Of a stretch of 64,000 bases of DNA, positions 36,577-50,528 are shown piece after piece. The DNA lies in the NCBI GenBank assembly GCA_021613535.1, contig CP075493.1, positions 4,278,001 through 4,342,000 of the forward strand, written 5' to 3'. The notes under the pieces were generated by a model, which saw only the letters and a program-made list of their open reading frames with translations, was not told the DNA's origin and did not search any database. This DNA is from Adineta vaga (taxonomy: Eukaryota > Animalia > Rotifera). Position 1 is the stretch's first letter, and each line of letters begins with the position of its first letter. The translations under genes and the position numbers were made by a program.

Positions 36577-37890
36577 CAGTATTTTTTAATGAGACTGCTC
36601 TTTTTTTGTATCTTACTCAAGAATAAAACTGGAATTTTGTTGTTGTTTTTATGACAAAAAGAAATTTCATAGATTCAGAAGGTAATAACGATAAACTTTC
36701 ATATAAAAAAAATGGACAAAACCGATTGCTGACTTTGTCTGAGTTACAACAGGTAACGAAATATCAATTGTTATCAAGCGGCTTAGTATTTTTACACGTC
36801 ACTAAATGTGTCATTCAATAAACTTTCGTCTTCTTTTTTCCCACTATAAAGCACAACTGATTACTTTCGCAACATTTCTTTATCTTTCACAAAACAAATC
36901 ATATGAGATCATTTGTTAAATTCTTACATAAACAGAAAAGGTCAACAGTCAGCGACATCCTATATGACTTTTTTTATGAATGGTTCGCTGACAGAACGAG
37001 TCATTCAAGAGGTAAATTAATCGCAATGGTACTTCTGCTTTTGACATCTGATAAGGATTTCAAGGCATAGTAAATAACATTAAATAAATGACGCATTGTA
37101 CAATATTATTAACAAGTTTTACACCAATAAGAACATTTTTTCTTCAAATCAACCTATAAATTAAGTCATTTTCGCTGAATCTATTTTATGACGTGCATAT
37201 AATTCACTTTTATACGTATTCTCAATACTCATATATGTATAACTGTAATTGACATTTATAAGATCAAAAACAATGCTTTTCTTTTTCGTTTTTCTCTCCA
37301 TCAATGAAAACAATTAACGGAGAAACAGGCGCTACATCAACCGATCATTTAACATATATGCAAATTAACATCCGACTTTTTTTTCTCTATTCTCCACATC
37401 AATATTCTTTTTTAGTAGGCAGAAACGTGCACTTGTATGAAGAATTACCAATAAGTAGTCAATTGGAAGTTTCTCGTTTTTTTCCTCTTCTCCTTTTCAT
37501 TCAGTCTTTTTTTCTTATACTTCGCAGGTAAGTTGAAATAACATGAGAGGCTAGGCCAGATATTTCTCGATAGATTCTGTTAGATTTCGGCGATAACTCA
37601 AGGTCAATATTTAGATAGGAAGAAAAAAATGACGTCAGTGTCCTATCAATTCTTTTATAAGAAAAAGAACAAGCTCATTTCTTTTTTCTTTCTCTACTGT
37701 CTGTCTGTCATAGACCCAGAAATAATACTACGACACAGAAACGCCTACGCATACAACAAAAATTCTTTCTAACGAGAATGATAGAGAATATGAGTCATAC
37801 GTGGTACTAATGGACTAATAATGCATCTATATATGTATATATATAAATGAGTAACTATGTAGTGTTTTTTTTAGAGTATTGATTAATCCA

Positions 37891-40800
37891 ATGAGTGACG
37901 AATTTCGTGATTGTTTTGTGGTAAGTTAATTAAGAAAAATTTTCTTTATATAAATTAAATGTTTCTGTTTTATTTAGAGTGAAAAAGGTTATGATGCTTT
38001 GAAGAAATTGATGAGAGGTGGAAATGATTTGAGTAAAGATCTTGCAAAATGTTTCCAGGAAAGGTAAGAAGAGAATTTCAATGTAAAAGATTTATTTGAA
38101 AAAGAAATGATTTGTTTGTAGAAATGAAGCCGAATTAGCATATGTTAGAGCTCTTCGGAAGAATAGTGACTCATTACAAAAACTTGCAGGTCGAACTAAA
38201 GGGTAAATAAGTTCATTCTTGTTTTCTTTTGTATTTTAAAGTCTTTTTTAATTTACTTAAGATCATTTTCACAAGCATTAACAACACTTGCTAGTCAAAC
38301 AAATAAACAAAGTGATGCTCATAGTATGATTGGTGACGTTTTACTACGAGAGATTTCGATGCCAATGAAAAATCTCGCTGAAACACAATATAAAGACTTA
38401 AAATTGGTATTGATTAGAAAAAAGTTACAATCTGATTTTCAATTAAACTCTTTATTTAGATTGAGGATGCACTAAATGCAAAATTTAAAGAATGGAACCT
38501 TCAAAAAGACATTGATAATAAGGTATGAAGACAGGAAATTCGACTTTAACTAAGTTCATTTTGTTTTGACTTTAGTATCGTTCACGTCAATTTGATAAAT
38601 CAAGAGAAATTGAAACATTAAATGTTAAAATAAGTGAAGCATCAAAAACAGGCAAAAGTTCTTCAAAAGATTCTTCAAAGGTGAGAAATTCCAACGGTAT
38701 ATTTAAACCAATCTTCTCATCCATAGGAGAGTAATTTACCTACAACATTGCTCAAAGGTTGTGTCCGACCATCTGGACGTTCTACCAGTCATTTTGAAAA
38801 GGTGTGAAAAAATATCTAAATTCTCCCTCTGCTTCTAAATATCTTGCTTTACTTAACTGAAGAATATTCTTTTTGTGGCTCTTGTGATTAATTTGTTTTC
38901 TTTTCTTTCTTGGGCGTGGGTACATTTTATATTTTACTAGAAGAAAATCAACTGTAGACAGTTTTTTTTTAATCTAAAATTTTTCCTATTAGGCAAACTC
39001 AACCATTGATACCAGACTACAGGCCAATGTAAGACCCTTATAGTTCATTAAACTGATTAATGCTACTAACTGCTTTGTTTAAATTGATTAATAATTTCTG
39101 TTTTGTATAACTGATGCTTTGTGTATTCAATCATTGTTTTCTTTTGATTTATTAGTTGGATACATCGATTAAAAAAGCTGAAGAAGAACTAGAAGCGATC
39201 GAAAGGAAATATCATACGGCAACAAAAGATGTTGAAATAGCACGCCAAGCATGTGATGAAGAAATGTGTCGAGTAAATATTTGAATTGAATCGAAGAAAT
39301 AATCTATTGTTGTTATTTTAGAATTGTGATCGATTACAAAAAATGGAAATAGATCGATTAACTGAAATGGCCAATTTCTTTCGAACATTTGATGGCACAA
39401 TGAAAACAGTTAGCGAAACTATACATCAAGTAAGAGAATTAAATGTAATGAATTCTTATCTTCTATTTTTGCAAAAAAAAAACAGATTTCAGAAGATATA
39501 CATACAATTCAAATCATACCAGAAAATGATATTGTTACAGTAGCTCGATCAAGTGTTCAAATGCCGGAAACAGAAATCTTACTTTATGATATTTATGTAA
39601 GTTTTTATTAGTTATATTGTTCAAATTTTTTAATTCTAATACATTCAATTTAGGCTGAAAATATGAGTAATACCATGAGTGAATATCGACGAAAACTAAG
39701 TCTTATGCAATGGATTGAAACGTTAAAACGAGATATCGAAATACAAAAACAAACTAGAACTGGTAAGAGAAATTTTTCAGAGTTAAAGAACAAACAATGA
39801 ATGATTTTGCTTTTAGAAGGTCTTTCTTCGTTATCGTCGGCACCTTCAAAGAAAAAATTGAAAGATCAATCAATAAACGATGGTGTAGATTTATCCAGTG
39901 ATGGAGCCATGTGTTCAACACGCTCCAAAAGAGGTATCATGGATTTATCTATTGTGTTTATCTTCAACTCTTTGTTTTTGTTTTAGACGCTGCTCCTGTT
40001 GATGAAGAAGAGAATTCATCATCGAATGATGATGATGGTGGTATGCATCGTAGAAAAAGTAAAAAATTAGGAAAGAAAAACATAGAAGGTAATAGAATAT
40101 TTAAGAAAAATACTTGTAACATTCATTCGTATTCTTTAGATGAAGATACATTTTCCAGTGAACGATTTATTGATCGACGTAGTGTAAGAGAAAGACTTGT
40201 TTAATTTTGTATGTTGATTGATTGTTGAATATAATATTCAGGTTGAACTAGTATTGTGTCTCTATGAAGCTAGTTTATATAAATTCGAATATGCTTATAA
40301 TCAAATGATAAAAGCACCTGAACCATATTTTGAATATGCAAATTGTATTACAAAAACTTTCAATGACAAAGTTTGTAGCAAATAATTCTCTTTTTGTCTC
40401 TATTTTGTTTTTTTTCTTTGATGAACATATAGGGAACTCCAATAACGTTAGTTCGTGTTCCATTTCAACCAACGACACAAACTCCTCCATCCGCTCCATC
40501 AGCAATGACATATTTTGCTAAATCAATAATGCCACAACCAATGGCATATGCTAGTGTACAAAAACAACCACCAAACTATGGTTGGAAAGCTCCTGATTCT
40601 CGACAGGAATCACCAATGCCAGGTAAATCATAGAAAATATTGATTGATAGATACTTTCTTTTGATTTATTCTCATGATCAAAGATCGATAACAGTCTTTC
40701 ACTCTTCATTATTATTCGTTTTTCTAATCATACTATTCATTATAGCGAAAGTTTCTGTTGCTCAACGTGAGTCCTACCCTGAGAAAAGGATAATGCGTAA

Positions 40801-41424
40801 GTTTCATGGAAGATGTCGAGACATAATTTTGCTAACTCAAAAACTTTGCTTTAAAGAACATATCTTCTTCTTCTTTTACGTTTGATCAGAATCTATGCGA
40901 ATAAGGTAGATTGATTTGCTTTTATGAAAACTTTACTTTACTCACATTCACTGATAATATATATGCTTGCTTTTCTTTTTCTAATTGGTAACATCATCAG
41001 GCATTTATCCACTGTGTAAGTCTAACAAAGATATCTGATTGATGTGTTCTGATATCAGCATGTTTACAGCTTTTGCAAAACGATTCATTTGATAATGAAA
41101 TCGTACAATTGTTTATTTGTTTTCATTGTAGGTAATCAAATGGTAGCATGCGCACCACCTGGTCCAGCTCTTATGACAAGATCAGTTGAATTTGTTCGGC
41201 CAAATCGAGATAAACATGTTCGAGCGAAATTTTCGTACAAAGCAAAACGTGAAGATGAATTGGACCTACAAAAAGGTACGATGGTTCGATTTTAACTCTC
41301 TTTTATCTTCGTTTATTTAGGTGATATTATTATATTGCTTGAAACTCGACAAGATGGTTGGTGTAGAGGACAAATCGAGGACAAATTTGGTTTATTTCCT
41401 GGAAATTACGTAGAAGATGCATAA
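37891..41424 (+). CDS. F-BAR ... SH3 adaptor (NOSTRIN/PSTPIP-like), multi-exon
   Basis: Spliced N-terminus FRDCFVSEKGYDALKKLMRGGNDLSKDLAKCFQER (FCH/F-BAR); C-terminal SH3 AKFSYKAKREDELDLQKGD..DGWCRG..GLFPGNYVE*. Confidence 0.8.
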
Positions 41425-41670
41425 TGATTACTGACTTCGATAGATTGTATTTACTCAAAAGAAATACTTCAATGTTATTTGAAAGAAAAGTTTTTTGTAT
41501 AGAACAGTACGAATGGTGAGGGTAAAAGCAAAAAAAATCAAAGGAACAGTTTCTTTTTGTATTTGTATTTATTCATATACGCGTGTGTGTGTGTGTGTTT
41601 TTAAAATATAATATTATTGTTGTGTTCAACAAATTTTTACTTTACTGTCTTCGAATTTATTCTTAAAAAA

Positions 41671-43642
41671 CTACCACCAAAGATAAAAATTTTGATGAAT
41701 AGTCTTTATTGTATAATCGAGAAGGAGTTTCTCTGATTCGATCAGAGCTTTTAATTTCTCATTGATAATTGAATCTGTACCGAATATTGTTAATGATGAA
41801 AGACGACAATCGATTTTTGTTGTTTGTGTTAGTAAAAATTGTATTGTTGGTTCAAGACAATTTTCTGATATGCCAAAAGAAATTCGTTGTAATTTTGGAC
41901 AAAGATTGACGAAAAGTTGAATACTTCTTACGGAATAATTAAATGAAACAGTTAAATCTTTGATTATATTTTGATTGGCTACCATTTGAAATTGTTTAGC
42001 TTGTTGTACTGAAAAATAATCTGTTGCAACAATTGTTATACGTTGCAATACTAATGTTTGAACATTGGGTGTAGAAGATAATAGATCGATGACTTTACTA
42101 AATGGTCGATGATAATAATCGATCGTTAGTTTAGTAAGGTGATTTAATGGAATGATTTGATCGATATTGAAATTAGTAGATCGTCGAGAACGATCAATAC
42201 GTTGATCAGAAATAGTGAGTTCAAGAGCATTTGGAAAATATTTTGAGCAATATTCAATGATTCTCTCATCATGAACGATAACATGTTCGACAGAAGAAAA
42301 TGAAATCTTTTTGTGATATGTATTCCCAGTCAATGAATTTGATTCATCAACTAGGGTGTAAGTTTTTCGTCTAAAAAAATCACAACAAATTTATATTGGA
42401 TATCTAAAGAAAAATGGCATGTCTTTATACCTGTAAGATTGAATGGATTGAGAGGTTTCAAGTGATGAACTTCCATAATTATTATTACATGTAAAAAACC
42501 ATTTACGTTCAGTCCAGAATAGTGAATTGAAATGATTCAATAGAGGCTGATAACAGATAGTTTGTTCAAAACGATCATTTAGTCCACAATTATATTGAAT
42601 ATCAAATATTTGTAAATGTGGCATATGATTTTCAATTAGTTTTTGCCACTGACCAACATCAATATAACTCCTATAAATGCTTGATGTTATACGCAAAATT
42701 TTTACTTGATGAAAATATGTTTTAATCAAATTTTCGAGTTGCTCAAATGGTACGTCAGTCAGGTGTAGAGAAACATAGGTTAGATATTTCATAAATGATG
42801 TTAATGTACTTGTTCCATGTTTGTAATAAGAATACAAATCATTAATGGATAAACGACGAAGTTGTGGAAGATATGATAAGAGAGAACAGGTTAGAAAATA
42901 ATCTAATTGACCATGAATAACTAGATGTTCAATAGAACTTGTCGTGTTCGATATGTCTGATGGTTTCAAAGCAAAATAACCTTTATTTATGAAAGTTATT
43001 TTCAGATATTTTAAAACGGGTAATTGCATGATTCGATTCCATAATGTAGTTAGATCAGAATTAAGGTAAATAGGAATAGTTAATGATGAAAAATAACTTA
43101 GTGAAGACAGATGAATAAGAAGATTGTCCAAATGAGATGGTTCAATTTGATCGAGCATGAGACTTTGCAGTTGAATACAATCGATAATATTTTGTCTTGA
43201 TGACGAAGAAAAGAAATCAATAATGAATGGATCTGAGAAATGAAGTGATTGAATGCGATGTTTTTTATGCATTATTAAATGAGTATAACATCGTTGAAAA
43301 CTTGATTTGGATGTAAATGAACTATCAATCTTGATTGAAAGATATGATATAAGACAAAGATTACGAAAATGTAGATTTAGATCGAAAAAACATTCATAAA
43401 GTTCATTAGTATGAAAATATTCGAATAGTTCATATATAAGTTCGTTTGACAGATTTTCAAGATGTGTACCTGAACTGCTGTAACAAATGATCAGAGTATC
43501 GTAAAATGTAGAAAATAAATTTAACTAACCTGTTTGTGATAGGCTTGGTTAATGTATCCAGCGAAGTACATTGTATCTTGCTCTTTTTCGCCGTGCTACA
43601 TCCATCTTTCGGAGTACGTCGTTGGCGCTTGTTTTGATTCAT
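41671..43642 (-). CDS. F-box / LRR-like protein, 3 exons
   Basis: Basic N-terminus MNQNKRQRR..KKSK; intron ~43529-43482; LENLSNELIYELFEYF F-box; intron ~42431-42371 at the same position as in the 2089 gene. Confidence 0.8.
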
Positions 43643-43821
43643 ATAGACTGATATTAGAACAAAATTCAACGTTTTAATAGGCTTTTTTTTGTATTTAATC
43701 AGTTTTAGAGAGTTTCATCTGCTTGTGAAATTACATTCTATTATCTTTATCGCTCGTTTAGAGCAGAGGAAAAAAAAGAAATAAGTTTTGAAAAGAACGA
43801 AATAAAATCGAGTAACTACTT

Positions 43822-46503
43822 TCATGTTTGTAAAGATGTTTTTTGACGAGCAACTCTTTTGTCAGATTTTCGAAATTTTGACGGTAAAACACGACCAATA
43901 TGAGATATCGGAGAATAACATAGTTTATATATAAGAAAAACTGTCGTAAATAGATCGATGATTGTAAAAATGAATAATAGTGTATGAAAGACAAGTTCTG
44001 TAATACGAACGATTGGTCTTTGATTATTCAAAAGAAAATAAGATTCTTCAAAAAAACTTATTTTCAAGATCGTTCGATCTGATATATATCGTAAGTATTG
44101 TCCATTTTGTTCGAAAATCAATTCATCAGAAAGAGCATCGGTACTCATCGTTGTACCCCAACGTCCATCGATGATGTTATCATCACCTACACGAAGTGGT
44201 TTTGTTTGATTGATAACTTTAATAAGTTTTACAGTGAAGTCAGTAACTAAACCAATCGTTTGATTATCTGTATAGAATAAAGTACATGTATCGAGATGAT
44301 GTAAACGATGGATATTATTTTCTGTACGAGCATCACCATGAAGACAGAAACGAACAGCGCCAAGAAAATATGCACCGATTATATCAAGTTTAATACTCGA
44401 TCGATGTGTTGGTAGAAGAAAGCGAAATGAAAGTGTAGTATTATCTTTTGAAAGGGTACAATTTCGTATTGGTAAGTTAACTGAACGAACATTAACTCTT
44501 GTCCATTGAATAGAAATATCTTTACATAACGGTTGAGCAATGTTAATTAAATCGACAGACATAGTAAAGTCTTGTTCATTGAGCATATCAAATATTGGCC
44601 ATCGTTCGCCGTGTATATCAGCTAATGGAAGTTGTAAAGCATTATCAAATTGAGTATTACGTATGTCACCTTGACATGTAGCAATGTCAAAAGGAATTAT
44701 TTCAATGGGATATAGATTAAGATAAGTTAAGGCAATCCAAAAGAGAATACCAATAAGAACGAGTATAATAACTGATGCTAAACCACCAATCCATCGTTCG
44801 CCAGAACCAATAATATCTGTATGTTTAAAAAGACTTTTTATTTGCTTTCGATGTATTGTCGATGTTGGCCAACGATGTGAACATTGTTTAAGAATAAACA
44901 TAATTAACCAAATAATTACACATATAACACTGATAAGAATAATCCAGAAAAGAGGTGACATTAAAAGACAATATTTGGCTTTATTTTCCATATCAATAGT
45001 CAAGAAATTAATCAATAAATAATCATCAATATTATTAATATCAGGTGAATCCGGATAGGTTGCTATCTGTGTATATGAAGAGACATTTTTAAGGTCAACT
45101 TCACCACTAGCACCAAGTGGACAAAATGCATCGGTCATACATAAACGACAACGAATCGTATCATTACCCGAATTCATTGTATTCGATGGACACACAGTAC
45201 ATGGTCCTAAGGATGTTTCATTTCGAAATGTACCACGTATGCAAGGAAACCATTCGAAATGATATAAAGGTGTATTCAGTATTTCCTGTTGAATTATCGA
45301 ACATGCACCAGGTGGTGATGGAGGAACATAGTAAAGACTACTATCACTATTGAGTAAAAGTAAATTTTGATTTTTTGTTAAGACAAGAAAAATATCTAAC
45401 AAATTCGTATTTGTATTAATATTTAAGAAAACTTGTTGATGATTTGGAAGGACAAAATCAGGATGACGACGTGAATTTTGAAATGTTACATTCGAATACA
45501 CACGTAATTGAGAGTAAGACCATATACTTTGATCATACTTACCAATGACAACAGCAAGTTTACCAGATTCAATCCAAGCTATAGAACGACCAAACTCACT
45601 AATACTATTCGAATCTGTATTCATCAATGGTAGATTTGTATTCATGGAAATCTGCCAAGAATCTTCTTCTGATGGAATCACTTGACAAAAGATTATTTTA
45701 TTTATACTTGGTATTCCAATTGCAATTAAACCGGTCGAACGATCAAGCGAAATTGGTAAATTTGATGGTCGATTGTATTGAATCATTTGCACATTATACG
45801 TACGTTCTGTAAAAATGACATTTCCTCCCGCAACATAGATTTCAGGTTGTAATGCGAAAAGAGTAACACAATAGAATCCAAATGAATCAGACCAAGGAGA
45901 AACCAAATATCCTGTAACAAATGCCCATTGATCAGTAATAACAAATGAACGAAAAAAAATTCGTTCTCTTGTTTGTGAGAGTACTATATCACCAAAAGTA
46001 AAATTTTGTATAATCGTATTATTAACTAAATCATACGAAAGTAGAAATGAATCTGCCATAATATATGCATATTTTTCTTGTGAATCTATTTCAATTTGTA
46101 GATATTGTTGATGACAATTTTGACAAATAATCGTATCAACATAACTTGTATGAAAACAAGTTGTTTGAACAACACTTAAAACAACATCCAATGACGTGGT
46201 ATCTTCAGCAAGTTGAACAAAGCGAATTGTTTCATTATCAATCATAGACATACCTGAAATACTATATATGTAATATTTTTGCCGATCATCAGCGAGATAC
46301 GGATGACATATATTGTATGTACTAGTACTCATCGGCCCAATAAGATATTCAATTAAATAGTATGCATAGATATTGAATGCTCCAACAATGTATTGTTCAT
46401 TCATAAAGATTCGTAAACCATGAGCATCATCATCTGTTTCAAAACTAATTGAAAAAATCATTGGAAGAAATAAAACTGATAGAAAACATCGAAATTGCTC
46501 CAT
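43822..46503 (-). CDS. 893-aa membrane protein: signal peptide, large ectodomain, Cys-rich repeat (ephrin-receptor/TNFR-like), 3 TM segments; intronless
   Basis: CIRGTFRNETSLGPCTVCPSNT..CRLC..FCPLG; hydrophobic stretches near aa 520, 580 and 845. Confidence 0.8.
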   Translation of the reverse strand: MEQFRCFLSVLFLPMIFSISFETDDDAHGLRIFMNEQYIVGAFNIYAYYLIEYLIGPMSTSTYNICHPYLADDRQKYYIYSISGMSMIDNETIRFVQLAEDTTSLDVVLSVVQTTCFHTSYVDTIICQNCHQQYLQIEIDSQEKYAYIMADSFLLSYDLVNNTIIQNFTFGDIVLSQTRERIFFRSFVITDQWAFVTGYLVSPWSDSFGFYCVTLFALQPEIYVAGGNVIFTERTYNVQMIQYNRPSNLPISLDRSTGLIAIGIPSINKIIFCQVIPSEEDSWQISMNTNLPLMNTDSNSISEFGRSIAWIESGKLAVVIGKYDQSIWSYSQLRVYSNVTFQNSRRHPDFVLPNHQQVFLNINTNTNLLDIFLVLTKNQNLLLLNSDSSLYYVPPSPPGACSIIQQEILNTPLYHFEWFPCIRGTFRNETSLGPCTVCPSNTMNSGNDTIRCRLCMTDAFCPLGASGEVDLKNVSSYTQIATYPDSPDINNIDDYLLINFLTIDMENKAKYCLLMSPLFWIILISVICVIIWLIMFILKQCSHRWPTSTIHRKQIKSLFKHTDIIGSGERWIGGLASVIILVLIGILFWIALTYLNLYPIEIIPFDIATCQGDIRNTQFDNALQLPLADIHGERWPIFDMLNEQDFTMSVDLINIAQPLCKDISIQWTRVNVRSVNLPIRNCTLSKDNTTLSFRFLLPTHRSSIKLDIIGAYFLGAVRFCLHGDARTENNIHRLHHLDTCTLFYTDNQTIGLVTDFTVKLIKVINQTKPLRVGDDNIIDGRWGTTMSTDALSDELIFEQNGQYLRYISDRTILKISFFEESYFLLNNQRPIVRITELVFHTLLFIFTIIDLFTTVFLIYKLCYSPISHIGRVLPSKFRKSDKRVARQKTSLQT

Positions 46504-47828
46504 GTAATGTATAGAGAAAAGATTGATGTATATATCGTCCTTAAATACACGAAAACTAGGACGTTTTTGCGTCGATATGCATTTCGAAGTGGTCTTTCAA
46601 CAATGAAATCTTTCATATAAACGAATTACTTGTGTGATGAATAACCAGAAAGAAAATAAATTCTTTTCATTCGATGATTTTAAATAGAATCAATAATCTC
46701 ACAGTTATATTTTTGTATTATGGTTATTTATTACGTTCTATTATTAGAACTCTGTGTTTGTTTTGTAACTGCGTTTTCATCGGTTTGTATGATACGGTTA
46801 TATATTGGAAAGAGTCTCACTATCGAGTCAATATTAATGATAGGTAGTTCTGATTATTTACAATTACATGATATGAGTTCACAAGAGTAATCTAGATGTA
46901 AAGATTCTGTAATATTAAAATGTTAGGTGTAATAGATTGAAATTTCACATGGTAATATATTATTTAGAAAAGATTTGATGATAAATAATAGAGTTGTAAA
47001 TAGTTAGATCTTTCTGAAATATATTGTGAAATAGTAAGAGAGATTAATTTGCTCAGTTGATGAAAGTAAAAAAGAACAGATAATTACTTCGTGTCTAGTC
47101 TTGATTTAATCTTAGTAGTATTCAATAAATAACGGATTCAAATAAATTTCATTTGTTTTCTAGTTAAAATCATTTTATACTTTTTAAATTTCAATAAAAC
47201 ATCTTTCAAAATTAATAACTATACTTCTGTCTATGTTGAACACTTACACAATCAATTCCCTGTTTGTTCATCTTGATAGGAGATTCTTATATACGTCTTC
47301 TATGGAATAGTGAAAGCAAATGAAATTAGCAGACTTTCATGAGAGACAATCTTCGTCATCATTGGAAGTTATTTTCATAAATATAATAGCAGTACTTTTT
47401 TTTGATTTTCTAATAATACCTTACTACCGAGAACGATTCCGGCTTTCAATTACCGTTTCGTTACTAAAGGTAAAGAATACGTTATTATCAACATAAAGAA
47501 AACATATAATCATAACTCACGCAAAGTTCATCGAGAAGAAATATAATAATATTTGAATCAGAATCTTGATTGGAAAAAGACAAATACTTGGAAGCTGTTG
47601 AACTCTTAGATATATCTCTTAAACAAATTTTTATTAATAGTATACGATACGATATATTGTCATACGAGTTTTCGACATGAACAGTACCGTTCACTACATT
47701 TGTTTTGTTTCTCATATATAATATAGGCGAGAAGAAAAAGTCATAGTATGAACTATAGCTGTTAGTATGCTCGTAAAATAGTCTTACTCTCTAGATTTCA
47801 TCTTCTGTGTATTAGGGATTTCGGTAAA

Positions 47829-48948
47829 ATGGTTTTAAATAATCAAACACTTCGTCTCGATCATACATTATCAACGAGATCAATCGCTGATACTTTGGTT
47901 CTTATACAACAACGATATCTCAGTCACCTTCCACTCGTCATTATTATTCTTGGTCTGGTTGGATTTATTGGTAATCTTTTTACTTTTCTCCAACCAACTC
48001 TTCGAACTAATTCATTCTGTATCTATACACTTTCTGCTTCATTCATTGATATTATCAATCTCTTTCTCAATCTTTTCCCTCTATGTCTAAATCCATCTGT
48101 AGTTAATCTCGTGTTAACCATGACGGACAGTTTATCATGTAAACTGAAACTATTTTCAGTCGTGTTCTTTCCACAATTATCATTGAATCTCTTAATTATG
48201 TCTCTTATTGATCGATATGCATGCACATTCAGTCCAGCATCTCGAATGTATCGATTATGTCGATTAAAAATGGTACCATTGATGATTATATTGACCATAA
48301 TCATTAGTGGTACTGTGTCCTTATATTCTCCTCCTCTTTATGATTTTATTCCTGACGTTGGATGTAGTTCAACATATCCGACAATAAATGCTGTTTTCTA
48401 TATACTTATTCATGGACTAATGACACCAACAGTGATGTTAGTCTTAATGTTTCTCACCTATGGACGATTTACACAAAATCGACGCCGAGTAGTAAGTAGT
48501 GAATCTCATTTTTTTTAATATTCTAAAAAGTGAACGTGGTTGGTTTTAGGGTGCAGTAATAATGAGAAATAAGATTCATGTTCGTAATCAATTCATTGCA
48601 ACGGTATTTGCTCAAGTACTTGTAAGTAGTTTATTTATATTACAATGGATAGTGATGTATTGGTATTTTTTGGCAACGTCAACTAAAAACAAAACTACTG
48701 AAGAATGGACGATCATATATTTTGTATTCAATTTGACGAATACTTTATATTATGTAATCAATGTAAAATCATTTTATTTGTCAACATTGACGTCTCGTTT
48801 GTTTCGCGAGACAATGATCCTCGGCTTTCTAAAAATACTACCGGGAAATTTACATCGACGATGGAGTAAAACAAATAATGCTTTTATGATGACGAATCCT
48901 CGTAAGAGTAAATCAGAAGCAACTGTTCGTCGAAAAAGAGACACTTGA
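47829..48948 (+). CDS. Orphan class-A GPCR (intron 48492-48549)
   Basis: TM1 GN, TM3 C..DRY, TM7 SFYLSTLTSRLFR; a phase-0 intron joins the two ORFs. Confidence 0.85.
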
Positions 48949-49310
48949 ATTACTTTTAAGATTTTGTATTCTGATCTATTGTTTTGTAATATTGCTGTGA
49001 ACAAATGTTTAATATAATTACTTATTTTTCTGAAAAGAATATCGTATAAAAATACGACAGAATATTATTCGAAATATTAATATATACTTTGTCTGTATTT
49101 AACATGATGAAATGAAAGGTGAGAAATATATTCAAAAGTATCGTGAATAATCTACCTTTGAAACTATACATGATCTTTATGATGAGTAGCTCTGATTGAA
49201 AGTTTCATCATCCAATTGAAATATTTTTTGTTTCTTAACAGTACGAACATGTGTATTTGCTAAAGTAAAATAACGACAATAACACGACAACTATAAATTA
49301 TGTTTTAGGT

Positions 49311-50237
49311 ATGTATACTCGATTGGAACATTTTCCCAATGAATTATTACTTCATGTTTTCTTATATACCGATACTCGTGATCTATTTTATGGATTTTGG
49401 GGATTAAATCAACGATTTAATTATCTTCTACAAACATTACGCAGACGTTCGCTGATAATTGAAAAAGATGAATCAAAACTAAGCAAATTATATGGGCCTC
49501 AAATATATAAATTGGTAATTGATACTTGTCTAGATGTTGATTTTAACCAATTTCCTTATTTACACTCATTAATCTTATATGATATAACAAAAAATAATTC
49601 CCTACGAATTCGAACACGATATATGCCCTCTCTTGTTTATCTTTCGATTTCATCACGAAATATATCATGGCATCGGAATCAATTTCTTTCATTAATATTT
49701 TCTCAAGAGTTATCATCACTGACTACTGTTAATATCGGAATTCCTTTCCCAATGCATTTTCCCTTTTTCAACAAATCGTATGGAATTCAATCATTAACTG
49801 TTTGTTGTATGGGTACAAGCACAATTCTCACCGTTCTTTCATTATGTCCGAATCTTTCAAAACTTCATGTGCATATTGAAGAAAGCCATTACCTTATATC
49901 TCCAGCAACACCATCCCTAACAAATTATCCACTTAAATATTTTATTCTCTCCGATCCATATGATATGTTACGTGTGAATAATATCGATGCTTATCTTACT
50001 TACATACCAAATGTTGAACAAATTCAACTGATTTGTATTTCTAGTATTATATTTATTGATTTGGCTCGAATGATTACTAATCGATTATCTTTCCTACGTC
50101 AATTTGATTGTCATATTAATAGTAAATTAGATGATGATATGAGTAGTATTGACACTGTTCATCAACTTCATCCCTGCTTCAAACGTATCCGATGTACTGT
50201 AGATGAATATGGATATCGAACATATTCAACAAAATAG
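49311..50237 (+). CDS. F-box protein
   Basis: LEHFPNELLLHVFLY..FWGLNQRF. Confidence 0.82.
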   Translation: MYTRLEHFPNELLLHVFLYTDTRDLFYGFWGLNQRFNYLLQTLRRRSLIIEKDESKLSKLYGPQIYKLVIDTCLDVDFNQFPYLHSLILYDITKNNSLRIRTRYMPSLVYLSISSRNISWHRNQFLSLIFSQELSSLTTVNIGIPFPMHFPFFNKSYGIQSLTVCCMGTSTILTVLSLCPNLSKLHVHIEESHYLISPATPSLTNYPLKYFILSDPYDMLRVNNIDAYLTYIPNVEQIQLICISSIIFIDLARMITNRLSFLRQFDCHINSKLDDDMSSIDTVHQLHPCFKRIRCTVDEYGYRTYSTK

Positions 50238-50528
50238 ATGATGATTGACTTTCAAAAGTTTCTATCAAAGATAGTTACAAGGTATCGCAAAAGTTTCGTA
50301 TCTAATCAATGCAATACAATATATATGAAAAAGGATAGGACTTCATAGTATTTTGTCAGATGCACTTTCATAATTTTGCTTTTTCTTTGCTATCTTGTAT
50401 TCTTGAAGTTCAAAAGATTAAAAAGTTAAGCATCATTTATTGTTCAAATTATAGAGTAATAATCTATTCTTATCACACTCGAGAAATATAATCAGTTGAT
50501 TTATTTATTTGTCACAAATTGATGATTT

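Noticed and set aside
38681-39156. Unusually long, locally GC-richer intron, possibly a snoRNA or TE
   Set aside because: I could not identify convincing C/D or H/ACA boxes, TIRs or a TSD by eye.
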